A DNA stretch of 58,496 bases, counting the filler, from Sphacelaria rigidula (taxonomy: Eukaryota), in the NCBI GenBank assembly GCA_964200075.2. It is 9 parts of 9 records of this genome, joined end to end, with 100 filler letters (N's around TTAATTAATTAA, not from the genome) between each part and the next. Parts side by side here need not be neighbours in the genome. Positions count along the whole stretch, not along the records: positions 6,512 to 12,922 come from CAXNAA020020236.1; positions 13,023 to 19,433 come from CAXNAA020020237.1; positions 19,534 to 25,944 come from CAXNAA020020238.1; 6 more parts are not named here. One strand, written 5' to 3'. Shown here one piece after another: positions 11,830 through 23,699 of this stretch. A program made the translations under genes and the position numbers. Numbering within the stretch: position 1 is the stretch's first letter; each line of letters starts with the position of its first letter. Under the pieces are notes generated by a model. It saw only the letters and a program-made list of their open reading frames with translations, ran no database searches and was not told where the DNA came from.

Positions 11830-12480
11830 TAACCGACCCTGGCAGATGAACCGGTATAAACCAGTAATTATACATCAGCACTTGTCCGGGAGCATCATTT
11901 TTTCACCCTTGCAGATGAACAAATGAAAGCAAGAGGCCTTACATATGACACTCGTCGTTAACGATGGGCACTTGCTCAGGGACATCCTTACTCAGACCTT
12001 GGAAGGTGAAAATACTGTAGGCACTGAGCTTACACGTGGCAGTCGTTATCCAGCACCAGCACTCGGTCGGGGACATCTTCGTTTATTTACCTCTGGCGAA
12101 TGAAAAAGCAGTAGCCGGTGATCTTACACATGGCACAGTGGATGTCCATCACCATCGCTTGCTCGGGGATATCGATTTCGGATCGACCCTGGCAGATGAA
12201 CCGGAATGATCCCAGTAATTAAGTAGACATGATACAAGGTTCCCCTTCGGGAGGTTGGCACGGGTCTCCCGGGGGTGATGCAAGTCGAAAGTATAAAATA
12301 TACTTCGTACGAGTGTGCCTTTTCAGTGCGCTGCAAAAGAAAGCGTGGGGAAAAATGTCTTGCTGGCAGAGGGAACTCGGCGAAAGTGGTGAACATGTGA
12401 AATGATACATGTACATAATACACACATGGGTTGGATGAAGGGAGAAAAAGCGCGCGAGTCATCGCTTTGTCCGCTTCGAT
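11830..12480. repeat. Dispersed repeat with degenerate subrepeats (ccctggcagatgaaccgg)
   Basis: The motif recurs at about 11838, 11907, 12092 and 12187. The 12320-12415 segment matches 50745-50840 in reverse complement. Confidence 0.6.
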
Positions 12481-13054
12481 CGAGCAAGTATATATTGCCC
12501 TCCGCGAAAACTAAACAGACGTGGACAAACACAATTGATGAGGGAGCCTCCAATTATATAGAACGATGTTTTCGTGAGATTGAGAGTAGAGGATACGGTT
12601 GAGATTAAAAAGCGGTCGATTAGTGATTTAATCGCTTCAGTTCCGAAAAATCCCTTCGCGAGGACCTTACCGAAGCAGCGGGCTAACTCACAGCTATTGA
12701 CCTGCGAAGAACCGGCACAGAGATGATACTGTGAAGTCAGTGTTGCGCCAAAGCCAAAACAAAAAATCGGAACAATATCTTACCGTTTTGCCCTCTAGCA
12801 GCGCACTGCACCGAATATAGCGACTTGGAACTATTGACTGCGGTTTGCACAGCCTATAACAGGGTTGCCAGAAAAATGAGAAGGTATTTTGAAATGAGAA
12901 TCCACCGCTCCCCGGGATTGTGNNNNNNNNNNNNNNNNNNNNNNNNNNNNNNNNNNNNNNNNNNNNTTAATTAATTAANNNNNNNNNNNNNNNNNNNNNN
13001 NNNNNNNNNNNNNNNNNNNNNNGCTTTTAATGTGAAGACAACAACAACAACAAT

Positions 13055-13937
13055 CAGAAGTTTGCGGAATTCGTAGTTGTTGTAGTTTTCGAGTTTTTCT
13101 CGAGTACTATTCTTCACTACTACCTGAAAGTGCTAGAGCCGGTAGATTTAGGGGGAAAGCGTAGGCCGCGCTCAAACTACAGTGCCCAGGTTGGCCTTTT
13201 TGGGGCGATACGGACTAGATACCCCGTTTATCAGGAGGGTGTTATTGACCATTTTTGGTCTAATAAAAGGAGTTATCCGACTCATCCGCAACGAAACGGT
13301 AAATATTGAGATATATGGATACATGAATAAATCTTCACAAGAACGATCGAGATCGTGTTTCCTTCCTATACTGCACAGACCTCAGTCTAGCATTTTCTGT
13401 GGATGGCCTCTTTTCGGGGGGGTTTCGCATAGCATTTTCCATGAGCACTCGAAAGTGCTGGCATCGATAGTTTTGGAAAAATGAGCAAACCGTGCTCAAA
13501 TCACAACGCCCATGTTGGTGTTGTGGGGGCGATACGGAGTAAAGACCCCGTTTATCAGGAGGGTGTTATTGACCGTAAGTGGTCCAACACACATAGTTTT
13601 CCGGATTTAGCGCAGTGAATAGGGAAAATTTCAACAAAATAATCATTTTTGAGTCTTCACCTATATGGTCGGGATCAAGTCGGTCTACCAAAAATACCGA
13701 AAAGCCAGAACCGGGGGTTGCACTTTCGCAGGACCCCCGAAGAGCGGTCAAGCCCGTAAGTCACTCAATATTGATTGCAGATACTATTCTTTCAATATTT
13801 CTGAAGATGAATAACATATCTCCAGGTGCCCATTTTTTAGCATCCAACAGTCACTGTGATGAGCGGTGAAAAGCGAAAAGAATTTGGAATATCGTTGAGA
13901 AACTACGAATTCTGCATACTTCTGACGCTGACTACTG
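13055..13937. mobile_element. Tc1/mariner (pogo-like) non-autonomous element, left TIR truncated
   Basis: Right end ...ctgacgctgactactg|TA. Colinear reverse-complement match to the full copy at 55911-56812. Confidence 0.8.
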
Positions 13938-14009
13938 TACCCTTCCGCCGGATTTCCGCACAGTACAGTAAGAAAAAGCTCCTGTGTTGACCTTCCTCCT
14001 GTGTGACCC

Positions 14010-14065
14010 CGGCTGATGCACCCACATACACCGAAAGGCGTAGACTGCAGAATAAATGGGACGAC

Positions 14066-14109
<44 letters not shown>
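14010..14109 (+). mobile_element. 3' end of a LINE/SINE family with a GAAA-tetraloop hairpin and (CA)n tail; further copies at ~49875-49951 and 52087-52159
   Basis: cccacatacaccgaaagg(c/t)gtagact...cagaataaatgggacgacaacac(ac)n is conserved in three contigs. Confidence 0.7.
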
Positions 14110-14111
<2 letters not shown>

Positions 14112-14334
14112 TTTTGCCAGGAGCGGGATCGGTTGTGCACCAAAGAGGAAGGCAACGGAACGGTCAGCAAGATTTCATGATTTTTGCCACCAGTTCATCA
14201 CAGTACATTGCACAGCAATTCGCTCCCGCCGAAGCAATGAGTCCACACGGCGAACAAATCAAGATCCGTCTGAAATATCCAATGAAAAAAAAAAAGACTC
14301 TCACATCCGCTGGTCCAAGAACACAAAATAACAG

Positions 14335-14749
14335 TGGATTCTCGAGAATGGGGTTGAAAAAAATGAAGTTCAACTCAAAAGCCGTGCTTTCCCTGACCTA
14401 AATTCATGACAAATGACTTTCACACGAATGACCCAATCCTTCCCGACCTCCCTAGAACTATTTCGAAGGATTTCTAGACTGCCGTTCGACCAAAGGGTAT
14501 GTGCGAAAGTACGATTTTTGGGCCAAAAAACGTCCTTCTTTCACCCCGAAATCAAGGCAAAAGAGTGCTTACGCACATCATCTCCTTTGGGGGAACGGAA
14601 GGCTAGAAACCCCCCGAAATAGTTTTAGGGAGGTCGGGAGAGATGAAGTCGTCCGTGTGAAAGTCATTTGTGATGAGTTCAGGTCAGGGAAGCACGGCTT
14701 TTGAGTTGAACTTCAGTTTTTTTTTCCGACCCCATTTTTCGAGAATCCA
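14335..14749. mobile_element. Foldback MITE with ~155-bp inverted arms
   Basis: tggattctcgagaatgggg...aagttcaactcaaaagccgtgcttccc pairs with gggaagcacggcttttgagttgaactt...tcgagaatcca. No clear TSD. Confidence 0.8.
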
Positions 14750-16071
14750 TTCTTAAATATGTGACCGCGGAGTCAGAGAAGCCAAAGGGTAACCATCGCG
14801 CAACTCGACGTGCTCGACGTGCTCGACGTGCTCGGCGTCCGGCGCTGAAGGGAGCAAACATAGAAGAGGGGGGGGCAAATGATCCGGATCATAGTCCGGA
14901 TCAGTAAACTTATATTTTATTTATTATTCTCATATCCGTCACATTAGCTCGATCTCTCGAACCCGTGGTCACAGAGTGCTAGGAGCATACCACCCATACC
15001 ACCCATATATAACCCAAACGGCCCACAGAAGAAGGCAAGGAACGAAACATCTACACGAAAAAAGGGCACCTACACTACGAAAGATCCGTATGAGACCATA
15101 TGGAACTACAGGAGACATACTTGTTGGAATCTAACACTGAGAGGAAGTAATTTTCAGACGGATCATGATCTGTGCGATGTGTGCACGAGTCCTTCGCTGT
15201 TCATGGAGCCTCGCCGCCACAAGGTGGTCGGCGCGATAACAACGATGCTCACGGTTGAGAAGGTAGCAGGCGCAGCAGTCGGGAATACCCCGTCGAGAGA
15301 TAACTCGTGCTCCCCCGTCGTGCGTTCGGTTCTCCTCATCGGGTTTTCCACCACGGTCTCGCCCCGGATTCGAAGTGTCAGTCACATAAGGTCGGTCGCT
15401 ATGCAGCACATACACCCTGGATAACAATATATTCATGTTGTGAAAAAGTGTACTGCGTACAGTATCGTCTGTTATTGCGCCCATAGTATTACAATGGACA
15501 ATGTATTCCATACTGTACGCAGTACATTTTTTTTTTGACAATTTAGTACTATTGTCCTTATCCCGGGTGAGTTATAGATACTGTTGTACTCAATGAGACT
15601 GATGGCCTATATCAACCTCCTGTTGGTTGCTCGAGGGATCATGTCATATTAGCTTAATATTTACGAATGTTTCGGAAACACAAACTTTTTCTCCGAAAAT
15701 CGTGAGAACCGACATTTCTTAACGATATCAGGCAATAGATCAATGTAACGACTAACTGCAGGTTTCTCAGAAAATCCGTAGTCGGAGTTTTTTTCCTCCG
15801 TATTTGATTTAGGGAGAAGTCGGAAAGTTTTTTTTTTTTTTTTGTGGGAAAAGGTGAAGAAAAAAAGTTGCAAATGTTGCCCGTTAGTACGACCCCTAAG
15901 TGGCGTGATGGAGTGCGCGTAATGCAAAGTGTCGGTAGTGCCGTGCATCGGTTGCATCGCACTCTTTCACGTTTCCCTACAAGGAATGTGATTTCTCGAG
16001 CAGCCAAAATGATGCTGAAAGGGCCGAAAACGACTAAAATCACATCCCAGTGACCAGATATCACATTGTAA

Positions 16072-16553
16072 GGCATGTTATTATGGCGCACAGATTTTTG
16101 GCCCACGAATTGTTCACGTTTGGGATGTTTGACCTCCTTTTTGACCCCTATACAGGGAAAATCGCCAACACACGTCTCGGACACTTTAAACCACCCCACA
16201 GAGAGGAGCCTAGCACACTTTTCAGATTCGCTTGGCCCCAAGGTCTCGAGAGTGGCTGCTGAACCATTATCCGTGTGCAATAAAATCTACGGCGATATCC
16301 ACAGATTATTGGGCAAACTGCCGTATGTTGGCGAGCACAGGCTATTGCACACGAATTATTGTTCAGCGGTCATTCTCGAAACCTCGGAGGCAAGCGCATC
16401 TGAAAAATAGGCTAGGCTCCTCTCTGTGGGGTGATGCAAAGTGTCCGAGACGTGTGTTGGCGATTTTCCCTGTTTGGGGATAAAAAAATGGGTCAAACGT
16501 TCGAAAAGTGAACAATCCGTGGGCCAAAAATATGTTTGCTATAATATCCGGCC
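16072..16553. mobile_element. PIF/Harbinger (Tourist-like) MITE with ~140-bp TIRs
   Basis: TAA|GGC...GCC|TAA boundaries (TAA at 16069-16071 and 16554-16556) and long inverted arms. A related copy is split around 55690-56900. Confidence 0.8.
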
Positions 16554-17115
16554 TAAGGTGATAGTTCTGGGGGTGGGATTATATCGCCGAGGCCCGATCA
16601 CAGGCAGGTGTGATGTCGGAGTGTGATTTGCTTCGTGTCGAAAAGACGCCTCCTTACCGATCTATTGGTGCTGCAGCAGCAACCCGGCCACCGAGCGAAG
16701 GCGCCCACCCCCGGCTGCTGAGTGGCCCCGCCCGCTCGAGGCAAGAGTAATACGGTACGCGTGTTGGCATCATCTGTCCTCACAAACGAGCGCGTTCTGG
16801 ACCGCTCAACGGCAGTGCTCAACCGCACGAACCCCTACTTTACTCAGAAAGAAGCACGCACTGTCACCAAAAAAACAACAAGTGATATAATGGTATTGCT
16901 CAGTCAGTGCCTTTGCTAATATTAATAGCGTGTGCAGCCTGGGCGTTACGAAGGAGATACCAAATGCTGCCGTGGATAAATGCGATTCCTCTGAGGTTTA
17001 TTGGGAAAGTTTCAGGAGAGTTCCGATTCGACCATTCCGAAGTTTCGATCATTCGGAGGCTCTTATGTCGGAAGTTTCTGTGTTTTTTTTCCGGGCGGGG
17101 TGGGGGGGGGGCATA

Positions 17116-17296
17116 CTCATTCGTAGCTTGCCTTAGTCATTTTACCGTTGACCATGCATCCCTTTCGAGACGGAGCACTGGGGGGGGCGCGCGGGGCAGA
17201 AGAGTGAAGTTCGTTCGACTACCTTTGTTCGTTGCTTGCCTTAGTCACGTTACCATTGACCACGCATTCCTTTCGAGGCGGAGCACTGGGGGGGGG
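17116..17296 (-). repeat. Two tandem copies of a very abundant short dispersed repeat (gaaagggatgcgtggtcaatgg...gactaaggcaagcaacgaatgagtac)
   Basis: Other copies at ~39067-39135, 39262-39325, 39640-39800, 40820-40890, 45340-45410 and 54595-54765. Confidence 0.8.
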
Positions 17297-17794
17297 AAGG
17301 GGGACGGAAGAGGGAGGTCCACGTGACTGCTTTTCAGGAATTAATACCCGCCCTTTTCTCCACCGAATCAACTCAAGTGGCCGCGGGAGTGATCGCCTTC
17401 GATGGGCTGATTCATTCGTCTCCTCAAGGATGGAGGCCCCATCTCTCGAACCTCGAGCGGGCTAGATCAGCCAAGATATCGTAATTATGGTGTATCCCCG
17501 AGGACTTGGAAATCCCGTATACGGTAATCCGTGAGCACCGGTCTGTAAGGGTTTGATAGAGGAAAGGAAGCGTTTCGGACGGACAATATCTCAAACGATA
17601 GAAGCAGAAAAATGTCGGGTGAGATCCCCACGTCCGTCTCGTATTCACTTTTTGACTGAGAGTTGCCATATCTTTTCTGTCCAGCACACCCGGGACCTCC
17701 TGCGTTATGTCGTACGTGTTGATAATCCTTTTTGTCGTCTGTCGTCTGTCGTCTTATAGTTGGGGGTATCATTTAACGGTTATATATACACATA

Positions 17795-18248
17795 TATTCC
17801 CCAAGTCTCCGAATATTTCGGGAATTGAGACAAGGTGTAAGAGCGGGTTTCTTAACCAGGTCAGGAAGTAAAGGTAAACGTAAGACTGACAACAAATTCC
17901 CCCGAATATCTAGCGTCGGGATATCGTTTTCAGCAATCTGTTTTCTGATAGAATTCGTTTTTTTTCTTTCATTTCTCTGGAAGAGCCGAAAAAATCTGGA
18001 AAAAAAAATGCCTCGTTAGAGGCTTTTTGTAGCATGATTTTTTTTGCCAGGCTTTTTCTACATTTTCGAAAAAAATGGATTTTAACCCCGGTTTCTCAAG
18101 AATGAAAATCTCGAAAAAACAAGAATAAACGTCGCTGGACCTTCCAAGCCAGCTGTAGTTGGTTTTCAATTTATCTACTGCCTGACCGACCTGGTTAAAA
18201 AACCTGCTCTTCCAAATTTCGGAAAATTTATTAACTGTCCGAGAATAC
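17795..18248. mobile_element. Old MITE with degenerate inverted arms
   Basis: aagagcgggtttcttaaccaggtc (~17840) pairs with gacctggttaaaaaacctgctctt (~18188). Weaker pairing on both sides. Confidence 0.5.
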
Positions 18249-19371
18249 TCGAAATTTTGTCTGAAAAACAACTCCCGCTAACAATTTCTCTCCTCACGAG
18301 ATCCCTTACTGGGTTCGTATAAACGTCGTGCGGAGCCTGTGCTGTTGATGCTGTCAGGGGCGGTCGAGATCGCCACCTGTATTTTGTGATATGTCAGAAA
18401 CAATTTTGCATCGCTGTTTGGTGGTATACGGACGTCAGCACTATTGTTGTCTCGACAGATAGATTATCAGTATTGCCATTAGACAAGAAAAATCTTGATT
18501 CTAGCCAGTTGAGACAGGGGCCCGAGTCTACCGTTCAGTGCTTGTGAGGCGATGTTGTGTGTGTCTGTGTGTTTGTGCTTCTCCGTGTGTCTCCCTTCAG
18601 GTCTCTCGCTCTCCTCACACATAGATGCTCGTACCGCTGCAGTGGTGGAGGAAGTACCCATGAACTATGGTAGCGCCGTTTTTCGTGCTTCCAAGGACTG
18701 AAATTGAACAGTACAATATCGTCGTTCTAGTGGGGCTGGCTACCTACTCTGACAAATACTCGTTCATTGATCAATGTCACTATATGAACAAATATACCAA
18801 CATATTCCTATAAGTGTATAAGCCATTGTCCCACTGAAAAGCGTACATACCGAGGGCATTTTTTTACGATCACTGATCGATACATGTCAATTGTCATTAT
18901 CCAGCCGTGCTATGACGCTGGGAGTAGCCGCCCACTGCGGCAGCAACGTAGCTCACGATGAAGCCGTGGAGCACCTTGTGTAGCACAACGCATAAAAGAC
19001 TGCATACCACCACCAACATGGCACTTTTTCCATTACCATTTTTTGCGGTTTCGCATTCTTCACCGGTAATAGTGGACTTGATCACCAGAAATTGCTGCCA
19101 TCTGTCCTTGGGCAGTCAAAATGATGAGATCAACATTTTCTGCTTGCTGTGGTGGCTCTGGCAGAGGCCCTTCGTCAGCTGGAGGGGAAATGCTTTGGCC
19201 CAGGGATGTCCTTGTGGCGGCGTCAATATAGATCAACACATTGATTGATTTGATTGATTGATTGTCGCACTTTAACTGACCCCCCAGGGGTCCAGCCGTC
19301 ATTACCCGAGGGAATTCATTGCTGGTGGTGTGTACTAGCTGCGCCAGTCATGAATATATTTCGTGCTGGTC

Positions 19372-19433
19372 GCCCCGGTGGCTCAGTTGGTAACTTCGAA
19401 ACCTTCTGACGGTTGGGTCGTGGGTTCGAATCT
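19372..19433 (+). mobile_element. tRNA-derived SINE head or tRNA pseudogene, truncated at the contig end
   Basis: Pol III A box TGGCTCAGTTGG and B box GGTTCGAATC, plus a stem-loop AACC-TTCTGAC-GGTT. The D-stem does not pair. Confidence 0.65.
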
Positions 19434-19533
19434 NNNNNNNNNNNNNNNNNNNNNNNNNNNNNNNNNNNNNNNNNNNNTTAATTAATTAANNNNNNNNNNN
19501 NNNNNNNNNNNNNNNNNNNNNNNNNNNNNNNNN

Positions 19534-19705
19534 ATTTTCGTCCATAGCGCCACCGCTGCGGCCTTAAACAAAAATCCGGCTATGTCACCCTTTTCGTCTC
19601 TTCATTGCGGTCAGTATGATACCATATATGCGACTATTGGGTGCGTATTGCGGAAGGCATTTACTGATGACACAATTTTGGGTGATCACCGCGAACCAGC
19701 CTGTA
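19534..19705 (+). repeat. Dispersed repeat fragment; further copies at ~44230-44362 and ~55300-55470
   Basis: Shared ggtcagtatgat...gcgactattggg...gcattt.ctgatgacacaattttgggtgat...aaccagc. Confidence 0.75.
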
Positions 19706-20076
19706 ACGATTTTTGTTCATGTGAATCGGCATGATTTTGACTTGAGAATGACTGAAAATGGGGCCGATTAACAAAACAAAAATCGTCGATGGGTTCCAAA
19801 AGGGTTTAGTCTTGATTTTTTGTAATGTTTTTGAAGGTTGCTATTGTTGTTGCACGCAGGGCTTGGAGAAACGATTGACTGATGGACCCGTACAGTATCT
19901 ATATATGTATCTTTCTATTTTCATCCCGTTTTTTAGTGTTTCGTAATATAGGATTTGGATATTGTTGAAAGGGTTCGGGCGCGCTTGAATGTTTGAATTT
20001 ATTGTTTACCTGTTGTTCCTTTCTCGTTCTGAGGATGTTCTCACAATAATTTTATTTTACTTTTTTTTTACACAAG

Positions 20077-20130
20077 GTGGTGTCGGCGTCGGAGGCGAGG
20101 GCGGCAAGATTAGCCGAAGAGGGGAAGCAG
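20077..20130 (+). CDS. Probable 54-bp micro-exon (VVSASEARAARLAEEGKQ)
   Basis: T-rich tract plus acaag| acceptor and a strong CAG|gtgagg donor. Phase 0-0, GC-rich. Confidence 0.45.
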
Positions 20131-21144
20131 GTGAGGGGCTCACATCAGGCGGGACTGTGTACACATAACGCACAGAGTTGTCTATCGGTAGGACGTATGC
20201 CGATAACATTTTCGATTCACTCGATTCGAAATTATCGCGCAAAAGAAGTTAACGCACGGCGTGTGCAGCATAGCGCGTGGCTGTCGGGATATTTCCCCAT
20301 GGGCCCGTGTATTTCCGCATCTTCGAGTTCTGTAACGGCGTGCATTGAGAAATTCTGGCAGCGGTTTGTGGTGGGAGACTTTGAGGATACGATAACGCGG
20401 CGGTGGTTGGGATAGAGACTTGTTGTTGTCGAATATTGTAGATGAGCATTACCACACCCAGGTATTTCCAGTCAAATTTCAGCACAAAGCACAGTATGTG
20501 AACACATCTACTTACATATATGTATACGAGTATACATTATATATATAGAGAGACGTGTCGCCGCAGTCGATGTGCGAGCTGATGTACCCTCCGACGTTTT
20601 CGCCACGGATCGGACGAATAAGATTGTGATTCGACTCACATGCAACACTTGGACGAATCAATCGTACGATCCGTACACAAGTTGTGATTTGTACATGCTT
20701 TGTGTTGATGATTCGTACAACAGTACTTGAAGTGTACACATCACAGTTCGTGATTCGTGCGGTACACCGTCGAACGTGCACGTTTCCTATGTTCTGTGGA
20801 TATGGTATGAGTCTTGGGCACCTGTTTCCCAAATTCCATTCATGCAGCATGAAATATAGGCACACGTTCCCTTCCTTCCGTTCGTGCTAATAAAGCGTAC
20901 TTGTTTATTCTTCTCCATCCATACAGCATGAATAATCGATACATGCTTCCCACCTCCCATCGATTGGAAGTGAATCAAGGGTACATGTTTCCCAATTTCC
21001 ATTCATGCATCTTGAATCATGTATACGTACATGTTCCCCGCCTTCCATTCATACGATGGATCAAGTGTTCTTGTTTCCCTATTTTTATTTACGCAGCGTG
21101 AATCATAAGCACTGTACTGTTCCCCACCTTCTGTTCATGTGAAA

Positions 21145-21742
21145 TTCCTCTGTTCCATAAGTAAAAGTCCTTATGGGGGGCAGATTATATCTCGCCAAAG
21201 GAGTTGCCTACGATGCTCAATATAGGTTTGCTAAAAAGCCATTGATACGGCGATGCTCATATTTTTTTTTGACTCGGACTGACGGAGAATTAGTGGGTCA
21301 AAAAGTGGAAATTTTGGCGGGTTTCTGGGAGTTTGATATCGATGGGCAATAAGGACTTCGGTGTGGAGCATACCGGGGTATAGGCGCGGCAGAAGGCAGA
21401 AACTTCGGGAAGGGTGGTAAAATATGATCGGGGGGCCTTTATGAAGGCCTGGGACTCTCTAGCATCAAATCCCAGTGACGACGAGGACGAGAAACGAAAA
21501 TAGATTTCTGTTTCTTTCTCGACATATGTTTGCCCCCGTAAAAGGGGCGAAATATGACCTTTTTTGCGACCAACTCCTCTTTTTTCGACCGTTCATGCTT
21601 GCAGGATGGTGCGTGCAAAAAAAGAAAGGGATTCCAACTGAAATAATACCGAAGATTCCAAAACAATTGCCGCCTGCTGCGGCGTCGGACACCGTTAAGG
21701 GACTGTGTAATTAAAGGACCTTTACTCATGGGACAGAGGAAG
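21145..21742. mobile_element. Stowaway-like Tc1/mariner MITE
   Basis: TIR ttcctctgttccataagtaaaagtcctt pairs with aaggacctttactcatgggacagaggaag|TA. A similar end lies at ~5025-5043. Confidence 0.7.
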
Positions 21743-21916
21743 TATATATCATGAGAACAGGTTGTTTCTCATTTCCCACCTGTCTGTTCATATGGCGCGA
21801 CACTTCAGTGGCGCGGCCTTTGCAGGTGGGGTAGGCAAATAAGAGCGTACAGGGAGCGAACCCCTGACGAGTCCAATCCGCAGTAAGCTCAATTTTGATT
21901 TTTGTACTCACACGTA

Positions 21917-22448
21917 CAGTAGTGGGCGGTCCAAGTATTCAGGGGCGTTTTGGGGTTTTCCTCGTTACTACTCTCCGATAGAATTGAAATTGCCATCGCC
22001 GGTAGATTTTGGTACAATGAACAGATCATCCTCGAAACACAGGGCCCACGTCAGCGTTAGTTGGTACTAAAACACCCGTTTATCCGGAGGGTGTTATTGA
22101 CCGTGAAACACAGTTTTTCGGCTCTAGTGCAATGAGTAGGTAGAATTTCAAAAGCATAAAACTGTACATTTCTTCACAGATATGAATGTGACACGCTCCA
22201 TCGACCGAAAATACCGAAGAGTAGGAAGCTGGGCCGAAACGTGGTAGGACCCCCGATGAACGGTCAGCCTGTAAGTAACTTAATATTGAGACAGATAATT
22301 TGTTGTTCTTGGACTGTGGAGCGGATACAAATATATCTATGTACTCAATGTGACGAGCGGTGGCGAGCGAATAGAGCCCAAGAACATCGTCAATTAGGAA
22401 AAAAATCACAAAATGCTACAAAATGACTAGTTGGACTGCCCCCTACTG
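21917..22448. mobile_element. Tc1/mariner (pogo-like) MITE
   Basis: TA|CAGTAGTGGGCGGTCCAA...TTGGACTGCCCCCTACTG|TA. The interior is related to 13055-13937. Confidence 0.8.
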
Positions 22449-23699
22449 TAACACATCAACAACGGTACAACACACGCGTCTACGTGCTTGAAGCGTTTTT
22501 TCCGGCCATGTTTTGTTCTGTGGTGTATACAACACCACGAACACTTGCGAAGAACGCAGCACCAGCACGAGTCGTTCTTGCATGCTCGCGGGAGCTTCCA
22601 GGAGAATTCCGGCAGCGTACATTGTTGTCCGCAGGCAGTACGGTACAGCATGGCACAGCATGCATCTGCGCGCGTAGAGTGATTTTTCTAGGTAATCTTT
22701 TTCCCGAGTTAGGCTGTTGACGGCTTTTCTGCTTTTCATGTTTCATTCCGCGGTATAGCTGACCTGAATATATGAAGCTGTACAAAGGCAGCTTCAGACA
22801 GCAGTAGTACTGTGAGAGTCGTCCTCGCATGTTTGCGTGAGTTTTTAGAAACACTGCGGCAGCGCCGACTGCAGTCAGCGGACAGTAGAGTACAGTACCG
22901 CACAGGGCAGGATAGTTCTGTACAGTCTGTACGACGGACAACAGACAACAGTAGCACGAAACCTTCCATTCATACTGTATTCCTCCCCAATTTTTACTGC
23001 AGCATAAATCATGTGATTCATGTATATGTCTTCCACCTTGCCTTCGTGAGCATGAATCGTAGCTACATGTTTCCCACCTTCCATTCATACGAGGTGAATC
23101 AAGCGTACGTGTTTCCCATTTTTCGTTCATTTCAGCATCGACCATGGGCACATGTTCTGCACCTTTCATTCATACGGGGTATATCAAACGTACATGTCTC
23201 CCATTTTTTCGTTTATTTCAGCATGAAGCATAGACACACATTGCGTACCTTCCATTCATACGAGGTGAATCATACATATATGAATCCTATTTTCCGTTCA
23301 TGCTGGATGAGTCATACGTACATGTTTTCCGCCTTCCAGTCGTACGAAGCGAATCATACGTACATGTTTCCCAATTTCCGTTCATGCAGCATGAATGATG
23401 GGTATTTGTTCTCCATCTTCGAATCATACGAGATGAATCAAGTGTACATATTTCCCACCATGATTCATACAGGAATTGTGACATGGACATATTTTACACT
23501 CTTGATTCGTCTGACACTACTTGAAGTGTATACATTCCAAGTTCGTGATCCGTGCAGTATGACCTTGAATATACAACTTTACTGTCCGTGACATATACCT
23601 GATGACTCTTGCGGTACATACTTCGCATCCAACAGTCATGAGAAGTCAGCCCGTATGAACTGTGATTCGTCCGAACCGTGAAATAGTCAACGAAAATCC

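Larger units (their letters stand above)
20604..23680. mobile_element. Large non-autonomous TIR-like element with ~39-bp subrepeats (attcatgcagcatgaatc...tacatgtttcccaccttcc) carrying nested MITEs
   Basis: The ends cacggatcggacgaat and attcgtccgaaccgtg are inverted. Subrepeat arrays at 20780-21135 and 22960-23470. Reverse-complement copy at ~46270-47900 and 48790-48830. No TSD found. Confidence 0.6.

Noticed and set aside
15253..15416. Minus-strand exon (VYVLHSDRPY...CCACYLLN)
   Set aside because: It has splice-like ends but no recognisable product or neighbouring exons, so support is too weak.
19372..19433. Functional tRNA-Gln(CTG)
   Set aside because: The D-stem cannot pair and the 3' acceptor strand is missing at the contig end, so it is treated as a SINE head.
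22812..23591. 259-aa ORF with HTYMFPxFxS repeats
   Set aside because: It results from translating the ~39-bp subrepeat array. The frame is not maintained in other copies.
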